In this document: positions 8,742-17,823 of the stretch, piece by piece
Position numbering within the stretch: the first letter of the stretch is position 1
Layout of the letters: the number at the start of each line of letters is the position of its first letter
Origin: Abditibacterium sp.
Lineage (GTDB): Bacteria > Armatimonadota > Abditibacteriia > Abditibacteriales > Abditibacteriaceae
DNA length: 64,000 nt
Direction of reading: 5' to 3'
Assembly (NCBI GenBank): GCA_965246885.1
Contig: OZ251992.1
Span: 3,008,001 to 3,072,000, forward strand
Made by a program: the position numbers and the translations under genes
Notes under the pieces: generated by a model
Databases searched by the model: none
Told to the model about the DNA's origin: nothing
The model's input: only the letters and a program-made list of their open reading frames with translations

Positions 8742-9752
8742 TTAACCGCTCCACCACGCCGCGTGTGGCAGCTTGTGGCCCTGCATGGCTGCCGCCGCGA
8801 GGAACGAGGTCGCGTCTATAAAGCCGTGTGCCCACACTGCGGGCCAAATCGAGCGGTGTTGCCACGTAACCGCGCCCAAACCCGCGCCCAAGATGGTCGT
8901 GAACACCACGCCCAGCCAGCCCTGATACGCGTGGCCCAACCCGAACACGACGGACGAAATAGCAATGGCGACCATCCAGCGCGCAGTGGGCTTCAGTTCT
9001 TGCGGCAGCACATGGCGGAGCGCCGCCAGACACGCTGTGCGCCATAACTCCTCGCGCACTCCCGCCACCACGAATGATAAAAGCGTGACCACTAAGAACA
9101 AATACAAGGGATTGTGCAACGCGCCGGGCGGGAACAGCGCGTCGGTTTGCGGCTGGTTTTGCTCGATGAAGTGCGCGAACTGCTTGGGATCGGTGTGCGT
9201 CAGCAGCAAAAACGCCCCCGCCGCGAACATGATGAGGAACAGCAACCCCATACGAAGCGCGAAGGCGTAGCCGAAGCCTTGCAAGACCGGCAATACTCCG
9301 CCGCGCCAACGCAGCAATAGCTCGTCTTTGCTCGCGCGCGAAAACGCCCACGCCAAACCCCAAAACAGGGCGAAGGTGCCAAGCTCCAACGCCGAAATCC
9401 ATAGCAACCCGCCCACCGAAGACGGCAACGCCGCGCCGCTTTTGCCGCCGTGTTGCGGACGCAATCGCCCCAACAGAGACACCCACACCGGATACAGCCC
9501 GACGAGCAACAGCGACACCGCCCAACGCCAGCGCGCCGCGCGCCGAGAGAAATCCTCCGTCTGGGAACCGTTGACAGACGTCCGGGAATCATTCCCAGAC
9601 GTTTGGGAACCGTTGGCGGATGTCTGGGAACCGTTGACGGACGTCTGGGAATCGTTGGCGGGCGACGGCGCTTCTTCAAACGTCGGCGCTGACGGGTCGA
9701 GGGGCGGCGGTGGCGGAACGAAAAACGGAGATGGCTGTTCGGGCGGCGTCAT
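8742..9752 (-). CDS. CPBP (Abi/CAAX) family intramembrane glutamic endopeptidase
   Basis: REELWR, FGLGHAYQG and AHGFID motifs; multiple TM segments. ATG at 9752. Confidence 0.9.
   Translation of the reverse strand: MTPPEQPSPFFVPPPPPLDPSAPTFEEAPSPANDSQTSVNGSQTSANGSQTSGNDSRTSVNGSQTEDFSRRAARWRWAVSLLLVGLYPVWVSLLGRLRPQHGGKSGAALPSSVGGLLWISALELGTFALFWGLAWAFSRASKDELLLRWRGGVLPVLQGFGYAFALRMGLLFLIMFAAGAFLLLTHTDPKQFAHFIEQNQPQTDALFPPGALHNPLYLFLVVTLLSFVVAGVREELWRTACLAALRHVLPQELKPTARWMVAIAISSVVFGLGHAYQGWLGVVFTTILGAGLGAVTWQHRSIWPAVWAHGFIDATSFLAAAAMQGHKLPHAAWWSG
9558..9662. repeat. 5 x 21-bp tandem repeat, in-frame within the CPBP gene
   Basis: Units such as CGTCTGGGAACCGTTGACGGA, encoding NDSQTSV/NGSQTSA heptads on the - strand. 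Confidence 0.9.
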
Positions 9753-9830
9753 TGAAGGGGTGGACGAACGACGGGAAGGCAAGGACGCGCGCAATCGGCG
9801 GGATGCGGCGTCGGGCAAACTAACCACCCG

Positions 9831-11060
9831 ATGTCATTCACGCACCCGCGCGCCCGGCGGCGCTCCGTCTTTGTTCTTGGTGCCGCCGCGTGCGCGGGTC
9901 TGCTCGTGGGCGGCGCGCTGTGGAGTCGCACTTTAGCCCAAGCGACGGATACATTCACCGAAGTCGCGCCCGGCCTGACGCTCCGCGCCGTTACGCGCCA
10001 AACCCCGCAAGGCCCGCTCCGCTTCTGGCTCGTCAAAGCGGCGCCGTCCGCGTTCAACTTGGGCTTGGCGCTCCCCGACTCGACCGACGCGCAAAAGAAG
10101 CGCACCGTGCGCGCTCTCGCCGCGCAAAGCGGCGCGACCGTCGCGGTTAACGGCGGCTTTTTCGCGTATGGCGGCGCGGCGGTTGGGGCCGTGAAGGTGA
10201 ACAGCTTTTGGCAGCGAACACCTTGGATGCGCCGCACAGCAATAGGATGGAACACAGCGCAAGACGCTCGCATCGGCCCTGTGCAAGGGTGGGTCACGCT
10301 TATGGTTCGGGGAGCCGATAGAAACGCGCAGCTGAAAGACGCGACGTTTAACGGCTTCACAATTCAGGCGAAAGAATACAACACCAATCCCAACGGATTC
10401 GCCGTGTTGACGCCGATGTTCGCGCGCACCTACACGCTCAAATCCGGAGAAATTGCCTTTGGGCAATATGTGAACTATGTGAGCAAGGATGGTATAGACG
10501 CTCCGCCTCCCGTCCTCATGCAAAGCGCTGGAAAGGTGGATTTACAAGCCTACAGGTTTGTCGTCATCGCGCGCGGCCAAGCGGCGAAGCAAATTGACCC
10601 GCAAAAACCACCGCGCTTTTGCTATTGGATTGGAACTACACCCGACGACTGGAACTCCTACGCCAACATCCTCGGCGCCGGCCCGCGCTTGGTGGAGCAT
10701 GGGCTGGCCCTCACCACCGGCGCTCCCGAAACCGCCGAGGAGTTCCGCCCCGATGTCCTCGCGCGCGGCCCGCGAACGTGTGTGGGCTTGGACGCGGAAC
10801 GCAACTGGTTGCTGCTCGTCGCTGATGGTCGCTCCGCGACCTCTGTCGGCCTGACCCTCCCCGAAACCGCCCAACTCTTCAAAGAACTGGGCGCGACCGA
10901 AGCGATGAACCTCGACGGCGGCTCCTCGACGCAACTCGTCGTCAACGGCGCGCTCATCAACACCCCGTCCGGCTTCGACCCCGCCAACCCCACCCGCCCC
11001 CGCGAAGTGCAAGTTTCCAACGCGCTCACGCTCTCGCCCGTGCCCGAAGGAGGACACTAA
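9831..11060 (+). CDS. Phosphodiester glycosidase (NAGPA/DUF2233) family exported protein
   Basis: VNGGFF, GAGPRLV, GPRT, VADGR and MNLDGGSST motifs; N-terminal RRR plus hydrophobic signal. Confidence 0.9.
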   Translation: MSFTHPRARRRSVFVLGAAACAGLLVGGALWSRTLAQATDTFTEVAPGLTLRAVTRQTPQGPLRFWLVKAAPSAFNLGLALPDSTDAQKKRTVRALAAQSGATVAVNGGFFAYGGAAVGAVKVNSFWQRTPWMRRTAIGWNTAQDARIGPVQGWVTLMVRGADRNAQLKDATFNGFTIQAKEYNTNPNGFAVLTPMFARTYTLKSGEIAFGQYVNYVSKDGIDAPPPVLMQSAGKVDLQAYRFVVIARGQAAKQIDPQKPPRFCYWIGTTPDDWNSYANILGAGPRLVEHGLALTTGAPETAEEFRPDVLARGPRTCVGLDAERNWLLLVADGRSATSVGLTLPETAQLFKELGATEAMNLDGGSSTQLVVNGALINTPSGFDPANPTRPREVQVSNALTLSPVPEGGH

Positions 11061-11066
11061 GCAACT

Positions 11067-11732
11067 ATGAAACGGGCGAAGGTAATCTTAGTTGTAGTGC
11101 CGCTCTTATTATTAGGCGGCTCGGTCGTTGTGGCGAAAAAGCGCGCGGACAGGCAACGTGTAATTCTCGTCAACACGCAGTTCCGCCGCGCGCTGGACAA
11201 CGGGGACGCTAAGAGCATGATTCACTGGCTGCATCTGGGCGCCAATCCCAATGTGGATGGAAAGTATGGCTTGTCCGCGCTGGATTATGCTGTCGGCGGC
11301 TTTGACGACACAGGGGATTTGGATGAAGAACTGTTGCGCGCCCACGCCGATGTCAACCGCCGCAACGCGCACGGCGAACCTCCATTGACCGCAGCCATCG
11401 TCGTTTGCGGCGGTTGTGGTTGCACTACGAATGACGAAGAAGCAATCTTCCTTCTCGATCACGGCGCCCACGCGAATGTCTCCTACAAGGGCCGAACCCT
11501 TCTTTTGGACAGCGCGGATATGGTGGGCTACGCGCCTCAGAATCTTCGCATCATCCCCGTTCTCCTTCGACACGGCGCTGACGCCAACAAGCGCAACCCG
11601 CGCGGGAAGACTGCTTACGATTTAGTCAACGAGGATTCTTTGCAGGACGCGAAGCAAGAGAAGCAGCGCCAGCACGTTCTCGCGCTTCTCCTTGCCGCCA
11701 TGAAACACCCCAAGACAGCCCGCGTCGGGTAA
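11067..11732 (+). CDS. Ankyrin-repeat protein with N-terminal signal/anchor
   Basis: GANPN, LLDHGAHAN and LLRHGADAN..GKTAYD ankyrin-type repeats. Confidence 0.8.
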   Translation: MKRAKVILVVVPLLLLGGSVVVAKKRADRQRVILVNTQFRRALDNGDAKSMIHWLHLGANPNVDGKYGLSALDYAVGGFDDTGDLDEELLRAHADVNRRNAHGEPPLTAAIVVCGGCGCTTNDEEAIFLLDHGAHANVSYKGRTLLLDSADMVGYAPQNLRIIPVLLRHGADANKRNPRGKTAYDLVNEDSLQDAKQEKQRQHVLALLLAAMKHPKTARVG

Positions 11733-11747
11733 ATTAACCCTTCGCAC

Positions 11748-12932
11748 ATGAACCACGAACACCTGTTCCCGCTTTTGGATGCCTTCGCCATCGAAGTGCC
11801 GTCGTGGGGTTTCGCAGATACGGGCACGCGCTTTGGCAAGTTCCACCAGAGCGCCGCCGCCGCAACCATCGAAGAGAAAATCGAGGACGCGAGCGAAGTC
11901 CACCGCCTGACCGGGGCCGCGCCGACGATGGCGGTTCACGTCGAGTGGGATTTCAAACCCGGCCAAGACCCGCAAGAGGTCGCGCGCATGGCGACCGAAG
12001 CGGGCATCCGCATCGGCAGCATCAACCCCAACCTGTTCCAAGACCAAGATTATAAATACGGCTCCGCGTGTTCGCCGGTCGAGGCGGCGCGCGCCAAAGC
12101 GAACGAGCATCTGGCGCGTTGCCTCGCAATCGGGGCAGCGACGGGGTCGGAGTTCCTGAGTTTGTGGTTCGCCGACGGCACCAACTACCCCGGACAAGAC
12201 GACATCATCGCGCGCAAGCGGCGCATGGAAAGCGCCTTGAAGCAGTGGCACGACGCCATGCCGGACGGCATGACGATGCTCGTCGAATACAAGCCGTTTG
12301 AACCCGCCTTCTACCATACCGACATCGCCGACTGGGGCATGGCCGCGCATTTCGCCCGCAAAGCGGGAAGCAACGCGAAGGTCTTGGTGGACACCGGACA
12401 CCATCTTCCCGGCGCCAACATCGAACACATCGTCGCGTTTCTGCTCGATGAGGGGATGCTGGGCGGCTTCCATTTCAACGACCGCAAATACGCCGACGAC
12501 GACCTCACGCTCGGCTCCATTGACCCCTACGCCGTCTTCCGCATCTTCCACGAAATCCGCCAAGCCGCCGCGCGCGGCACGGACGTTTCGGGCGTCGCCT
12601 ACATGATAGACCAAAGCCACAACCTCAAGCCCAAGGTCGAAGCCATGCTGCAAACCGTCGTCTCTGCGCAGGAGCTTTACCTCAAAGCGTGCCTCGTTGA
12701 CCGCGACAAACTCGCGCACTTCCAAGCCCGCACCGACATCGTGGGCGCCGAAGAAACCCTGCGCGCCGCCTTCTATGCCGACACCACGCCGGTTCTATCC
12801 GCGTGGCGCGAGTCGAAAGGCTTGCCCGCCGACCCGCTCGCCGCGTATCGGTCGAGCGACTACGCCACCCGCCGCGCGAGTGAGCGCACCGCGCGCCGCC
12901 CCGACGCGGGCAAGGGCACGAGCTACGCCTGA
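11748..12932 (+). CDS. rhaI: L-rhamnose isomerase (RhaI type, xylose-isomerase-like TIM barrel)
   Basis: EVPSWGFADTGTRF, WFADGTNYPGQ, EYKPFEP, DTGHH and FHFNDRKYADDDL; adjacent to the aldolase/SDR fusion. Confidence 0.88.
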   Translation: MNHEHLFPLLDAFAIEVPSWGFADTGTRFGKFHQSAAAATIEEKIEDASEVHRLTGAAPTMAVHVEWDFKPGQDPQEVARMATEAGIRIGSINPNLFQDQDYKYGSACSPVEAARAKANEHLARCLAIGAATGSEFLSLWFADGTNYPGQDDIIARKRRMESALKQWHDAMPDGMTMLVEYKPFEPAFYHTDIADWGMAAHFARKAGSNAKVLVDTGHHLPGANIEHIVAFLLDEGMLGGFHFNDRKYADDDLTLGSIDPYAVFRIFHEIRQAAARGTDVSGVAYMIDQSHNLKPKVEAMLQTVVSAQELYLKACLVDRDKLAHFQARTDIVGAEETLRAAFYADTTPVLSAWRESKGLPADPLAAYRSSDYATRRASERTARRPDAGKGTSYA

Positions 12933-12953
12933 CCCAATCACACTCCCAACGCC

Positions 12954-15134
12954 ATGCAATTCCAACACGTTTCCTACCTCTGGGACGACGCGCACGCCGA
13001 CTCGCTCGACGCTGTGGGCCGCCTCATTTATCGCTCGAACATCCTCGGCGCCGACGGGCGTATCACCAATACCGGCGGCGGCAACACGAGCGCCAAGCTG
13101 CCCGAAACCGACCCGTTGACGGGCGAGAAGACGACCGTCATGTGGGTCAAAGGGAGCGGCGGCGACCTACGCACCGCCACGCGCGAGAACTTTTCCAGCC
13201 TCTACCAAGACAAAGTGATGGCGCTCCAAACGCTCTACGCCGGGAAGGATGGGCGCGGGGCGAAGACCGTCGCGGAAGATGAGATGGTCGGGCTTTACAG
13301 CCACACGACCTTCAACCTCAACCCGCGCGCCAGCAGCATTGACACCCCGCTCCATGCTTTCGTGCCGCACGCACACGTTGACCACACGCACCCCAACGCG
13401 GTCATTGCCCTCGCCGCGAGCAAAGACGGCGAGGCGCTCACGCGCGCGATTTACGGCGACGACGTGATTTGGACGCCTTGGCAACGCCCCGGCTTTGAGC
13501 TTGGTTTGATTTTGCAGGACATCGTGCGCGCGCACCCCAACGCGAAGGGCGTCATTTTGGGCGGGCACGGCCTCATCAACTGGGACGAGAACGACAAGGC
13601 ATGCTACGAACTCTCGCTTGAACTCATTGAAAAGGCCGCGCAGTTCATCGAAGCCCGCGACAAGGGCGCGGCGACTTTCGGCGGGCAAAAGTTCGAGACC
13701 TTGGACTCAGACAAACAGCGCGAAACGCTGTGCGCCCTTTTGCCTTGGCTGCGCGGGCAAGTGTCGGGACACAAGCGGCTCATCGGAACCGTCCAGTCGG
13801 ACGAGCGGACGTTGCGCTTCGTCAACTCGCACGACGCCGCGCGTTTGGCGGAGCTTGGCACATCCTGCCCCGACCACTTCCTGCGCACCAAAATCAAGCC
13901 ACTTTATGCCGAGTGGAACCCGCAAACCGAGGAGTTGGACGCGCTAAAAACCAAAATTAGCGCCGGACTCGCCGCCTATCGCGCGGACTACGCCGCCTAT
14001 TACGCGGCCTGCAAGCGCGACGATTCCCCGGCCATGCGCGACCCAAACCCGACCGTGATTCTCATCCCCGGCCTAGGCATGATCGCGTGGGGCAAGGACA
14101 AATCGGAATCGCGCGTCACGGCGGAGTTTTACGGCTGCGCCATCGAAGTTATGCGCGGCGCCGAAGCGATTTCGACCTACACCGCCTTGCCGCAACAGGA
14201 AGCCTTCGACATCGAGTATTGGCTCTTAGAAGAAGCGAAATTGAAGCGGATGCCGCCCGAAAAGTCGCTCGCGCGCCAAGTCGTCATGGTCATTGGCGCT
14301 GGAAGCGGCATCGGGCGCGAAGTCGCGCTGCGAATCGCTCCCGAAGGCGCGCATATCGTCTCCGTTGACCTCAACGCCGAAGCCGCCCAAAAGACCGCCG
14401 ACGAACTGAGCGCCAAGCTGGGCCAAGGCATCGGCGTCGCGGGAACGGGCATTAGCGGAAGCGGCCCCGCCATTGGCCTAAGCGCCAACATCACCGACCG
14501 CGCTTCCATCCAACACGCCTTGGACGACGCCGTTCTCGCGTATGGCGGACTCGATGCCATTGCGGTAACGGCGGGCATTTTCGTCGCGCCCGACACGTCC
14601 GGCCACATCCCCGACGACAAGTGGGCCTTGACGTTTGCCATCAACGTCACCGGTAGCTACCTCGTCGCCGACGAAGCCTTCAACCGCGTCCTCAAGCCGC
14701 AAGGTCTCAAAAGCCGCATCGTGCTAACCACCTCGGCCAACGCGGTCGTGTCGAAAAAAGGCTCGCTCGCGTACGATACGAGCAAAGCCGCCGCGAACCA
14801 TCTCGTGCGCGAACTCGCCGTCGAACTCAGCCCGCTCGTGCGCGTCAACGCCGTCGCGCCCGCAACGGTCGTCAAAGGCAGCACCATGTTCCCCCGCGAC
14901 CGCGTCGTTTCCAGCCTCGCCAAATACGACATCGCCTACACCGAGTCGGAATCCGACGACGACCTGCGCGACAAGTTAGCCCGCTTCTACGCCGAGCGCA
15001 CCCTCACCAAAGCCCCCATCGAACCCAGCGACCAAGCCGAAGCGTTCTACATCCTCCTCACCGAGCAACTCAGCAAAACCACCGGCCAAATCATCAGCGT
15101 AGACGGCGGTCTGCACGAGGCATTCTTGCGGTAG
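12954..15134 (+). CDS. Bifunctional rhamnulose-1-phosphate aldolase / short-chain dehydrogenase
   Basis: GGGNTSAK, HVDHTHP, CPDHFLRTK and EYWLLEEAK (class II aldolase); GAGSGIG and YDTSK (SDR). Confidence 0.93.
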   Translation: MQFQHVSYLWDDAHADSLDAVGRLIYRSNILGADGRITNTGGGNTSAKLPETDPLTGEKTTVMWVKGSGGDLRTATRENFSSLYQDKVMALQTLYAGKDGRGAKTVAEDEMVGLYSHTTFNLNPRASSIDTPLHAFVPHAHVDHTHPNAVIALAASKDGEALTRAIYGDDVIWTPWQRPGFELGLILQDIVRAHPNAKGVILGGHGLINWDENDKACYELSLELIEKAAQFIEARDKGAATFGGQKFETLDSDKQRETLCALLPWLRGQVSGHKRLIGTVQSDERTLRFVNSHDAARLAELGTSCPDHFLRTKIKPLYAEWNPQTEELDALKTKISAGLAAYRADYAAYYAACKRDDSPAMRDPNPTVILIPGLGMIAWGKDKSESRVTAEFYGCAIEVMRGAEAISTYTALPQQEAFDIEYWLLEEAKLKRMPPEKSLARQVVMVIGAGSGIGREVALRIAPEGAHIVSVDLNAEAAQKTADELSAKLGQGIGVAGTGISGSGPAIGLSANITDRASIQHALDDAVLAYGGLDAIAVTAGIFVAPDTSGHIPDDKWALTFAINVTGSYLVADEAFNRVLKPQGLKSRIVLTTSANAVVSKKGSLAYDTSKAAANHLVRELAVELSPLVRVNAVAPATVVKGSTMFPRDRVVSSLAKYDIAYTESESDDDLRDKLARFYAERTLTKAPIEPSDQAEAFYILLTEQLSKTTGQIISVDGGLHEAFLR

Positions 15135-15141
15135 AACGGTT

Positions 15142-15182
15142 AACAAAAAAGCCCCCGCCGTATTCGGCGGGGGCTTTTTGTT
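15142..15182. terminator. Bidirectional intrinsic terminator
   Basis: AACAAAAAAGCCCCCGCCG-TATT-CGGCGGGGGCTTTTTGTT. Confidence 0.9.
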
Positions 15183-15320
15183 TGAGGTCGTGGCGGTCAG
15201 ATGACGATCTCACAAAAAAGAAAGGGAGCCGACCCCCTGGGCCGACCCCCTCGTAACTCCCCTTAAGACTATCAATAAATGCGCCAAGTTGCAAACGGTC
15301 TGGAAAGCGTTCGCACAAAT

Positions 15321-15938
15321 TTAAACTCTGAACAGCCGTTCAATCCAGGCGATGAAGGCGACGGCTTCGGGCGCCTCGGCCCGAAGATAGCGGAACTTGA
15401 TGGCGCTTCCCATCGGTGTTCCCGGCTCTTCCTGCAAGGCCAGCCAAGTGTGGATGTTGGCTTTCGAGACGTGACTGCCGAAAGGTTTGTCCGGCGCGTC
15501 GCTTACGCACTTTTGCGCGTAAGGCCACAACGTGTCGCCCGGAGGCACCAGACACGCGATAAAATCTTCGAGCATTCCTTCCAGTTGATTGTCTGGCATC
15601 AGCCAAATCCCGACTTTTGGTAGCCCCGCCGTTTCGATGATGGTGCCGCCCTTGTGTGGAGACAGGGGCACATCCTGATGCCCCAACTCCCTCAAGCTGT
15701 CTCGAATCGAGTGCCATCGCGCATCGAGATCCGTGTCGGCGTCCAAAACCACGCCCGCGCACTCTAAATCGCTTTCCCGCAGTTCCGTTTTGAGTTCTTT
15801 GAGCAACGTAGAAACGCCGTCTTTGCCCTTCACATCAAACGTCTCCGGCACCGCGTGATGCTCGAACAGATTCCAGAAAACGTGGCAGTCGTTGATGCCC
15901 TCGACCAGGAGTTTGCGATTGAATTTCTTTCTGGCCAT
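15321..15938 (-). CDS. TOPRIM-like protein (DUF3226-like)
   Basis: LLVEGINDCHVF, GVVLDAD and WLMPDNQLEGMLEDF; abuts the upstream ATPase stop codon. Confidence 0.8.
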   Translation of the reverse strand: MARKKFNRKLLVEGINDCHVFWNLFEHHAVPETFDVKGKDGVSTLLKELKTELRESDLECAGVVLDADTDLDARWHSIRDSLRELGHQDVPLSPHKGGTIIETAGLPKVGIWLMPDNQLEGMLEDFIACLVPPGDTLWPYAQKCVSDAPDKPFGSHVSKANIHTWLALQEEPGTPMGSAIKFRYLRAEAPEAVAFIAWIERLFRV

Positions 15939-17069
15939 TTAGCGCACCTCGATGTCTTCGCGCACGGCGATTTGCAACTCTTCTTCGTCAAACGGCGACA
16001 CCACAACTTTTCCATCCTTGTTCTCCAGACGAATCAAAACGCCCGCGATGCCCGTCGCTTCGGTAGCGGCCTCCTCGAAGGCGCGAATACAATCGTAGGA
16101 GTGCGTGGTGGCGAACACTTGAATGTCGAGCCGCTTGGCCGTCTGGAAAACCAACTTCCACATCTCGGCTTGCACGGAATAATGCAAACCGGTCTCGATT
16201 TCGTCCACCAACAGCAAGCCGCCGCCCGACGACACCAGTGCGAGCGACAAACCGAATAGTCGGTTCATGCCCTCGCCCAGACTTCGCATCGGAATCGGGT
16301 CGGGCCGCGACGACAAACGCACCATCGCTATGCGGTCGGGGTTGCCTTCACGCGCGCTCACCAAATTGACGCGCAGAAGGTGGGGCGCCACGATTTGAAG
16401 CGCGCGAATGACATCATCTTCGCGCTCCGAAAGCGCCACCTGATCCCAGTAAGAGGCCGTCGTTTTGGCATCCAACCCCCGCGACCAGATGAAGGTGTGA
16501 TTTAATTCTGCATCCATCATACGAGCCACGTTTCGCAGGTAGAAAGAATGCGCTTCAAAAGGTAGCGAGAGCGCCTTGCTGTCAAAAGCCACGATGAAAA
16601 CACGACGTGAAAGAGAAGCAAGCCTTATCTGTTCCGCGCCGTCATCAATCGCTTTGTTACCAGTAGGGAAATAAGAAAAAGTCTCGTCTTCTTCGACTTC
16701 TTGGTCTTCCACCGAAAGCACGAGTTGATTACTCGTGTCATTCAGAGAACCAATAACTAACTGTTGATCCGTGTCTTTGGCTCCTGCTCTTCCATAAAAG
16801 ACATGACGCACATCGTCCAACAACTTCGTCATTTCGCCCGACTTCATGCTGCCTGAAACATATGTTTCGTCCCGTCGCACGAGCAAACTCTGCAAAACGT
16901 TCGGTTCGCCGCGCCGCGCGTAGACCTGCAACGCTTCCAGCAAGCACGTTTTGCCGACGTTGTTTTTGCCCGTGATCAGGTTCACGCGGCCCAATTTGGG
17001 AATTTGCAAATCCTCGAAGGCGCGAAAGCCACGCACGAGTAGCGAATCTAAAACCAAGGTGTCGTCCAT
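15939..17069 (-). CDS. ABC-type ATPase (AAA_15/AAA_21-like)
   Basis: Walker A GKNNVGKT, signature LGEGMNR, Walker B LLLVDEIETGLH, H-loop FATTHS; no TM segments. Confidence 0.9.
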   Translation of the reverse strand: MDDTLVLDSLLVRGFRAFEDLQIPKLGRVNLITGKNNVGKTCLLEALQVYARRGEPNVLQSLLVRRDETYVSGSMKSGEMTKLLDDVRHVFYGRAGAKDTDQQLVIGSLNDTSNQLVLSVEDQEVEEDETFSYFPTGNKAIDDGAEQIRLASLSRRVFIVAFDSKALSLPFEAHSFYLRNVARMMDAELNHTFIWSRGLDAKTTASYWDQVALSEREDDVIRALQIVAPHLLRVNLVSAREGNPDRIAMVRLSSRPDPIPMRSLGEGMNRLFGLSLALVSSGGGLLLVDEIETGLHYSVQAEMWKLVFQTAKRLDIQVFATTHSYDCIRAFEEAATEATGIAGVLIRLENKDGKVVVSPFDEEELQIAVREDIEVR

Positions 17070-17079
17070 AATTTTCCAG

Positions 17080-17808
17080 TCAAACAGACTCCACCGCGTT
17101 CAACAACGCGCGCAACGTCGTTTTCCCCTCATATAGCGCCTTGCCGGTGATTAAGCCTTCGATGCCTTCGACCGCTTGCAGGGGCGCCATGTCGGCGGGG
17201 CTTTGGATGCCGCCGGAGGCGATGACGGGGATGGAGACGGATTGGCAGAGGGCTTCGAGGGCGGGGAGGTTGGGGCCGGTCAGCATTCCGTCGCGCGCGA
17301 TGTCGGTGAAGATGATTCGCATGGCGCCGAGTTCTTCCATATAGGCGGCGAAGCGGATGGCGTCTATGGCGCCGGTTTCTTGCCAACCTTCGACGGCGAT
17401 TTTGCCGTCGCGCGCGTCTATTCCGGCAATGACCGCGTCGGCGTAGATGGCGAAGGCTTCCTCGGCGAAGTTCTGGTTTTTCGCCAAGACGGTGCCCAGG
17501 ATGCAGCGTTGCACGCCCGCGTCGAGCAAGGCGTCGAGGGTGTCGAACGAGCGGATGCCGCCACCGACTTGGACGGGAATCGAAAGCGCGCCTGCGATGG
17601 ACTTAATGGCCTCGAAGTTGGCGCCCTGTCCGTCGCGCGCGCCGTCGAGGTCAACGATGTGGAGCCGGGTCGCGCCCTCGTCCGCCCACTTCTGGGCCAT
17701 AGCGAGCGGGTCGTCGCCATAAACGGTCTCACGCGCGTAATCGCCTTGGAGCAGTCGGACGCACTTGCCACCGCGAATATCAATGGCGGGGATGATTTGG
17801 AATGACAT
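17080..17808 (-). CDS. hisA: ProFAR isomerase (histidine biosynthesis)
   Basis: IIPAIDIRGGKCVRLLQGDY, LHIVDLDGA, QVGGGIR, TDIARDGMLTGPN. Confidence 0.97.
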   Translation of the reverse strand: MSFQIIPAIDIRGGKCVRLLQGDYARETVYGDDPLAMAQKWADEGATRLHIVDLDGARDGQGANFEAIKSIAGALSIPVQVGGGIRSFDTLDALLDAGVQRCILGTVLAKNQNFAEEAFAIYADAVIAGIDARDGKIAVEGWQETGAIDAIRFAAYMEELGAMRIIFTDIARDGMLTGPNLPALEALCQSVSIPVIASGGIQSPADMAPLQAVEGIEGLITGKALYEGKTTLRALLNAVESV

Positions 17809-17823
17809 GGAGAGTTAGTCTGC

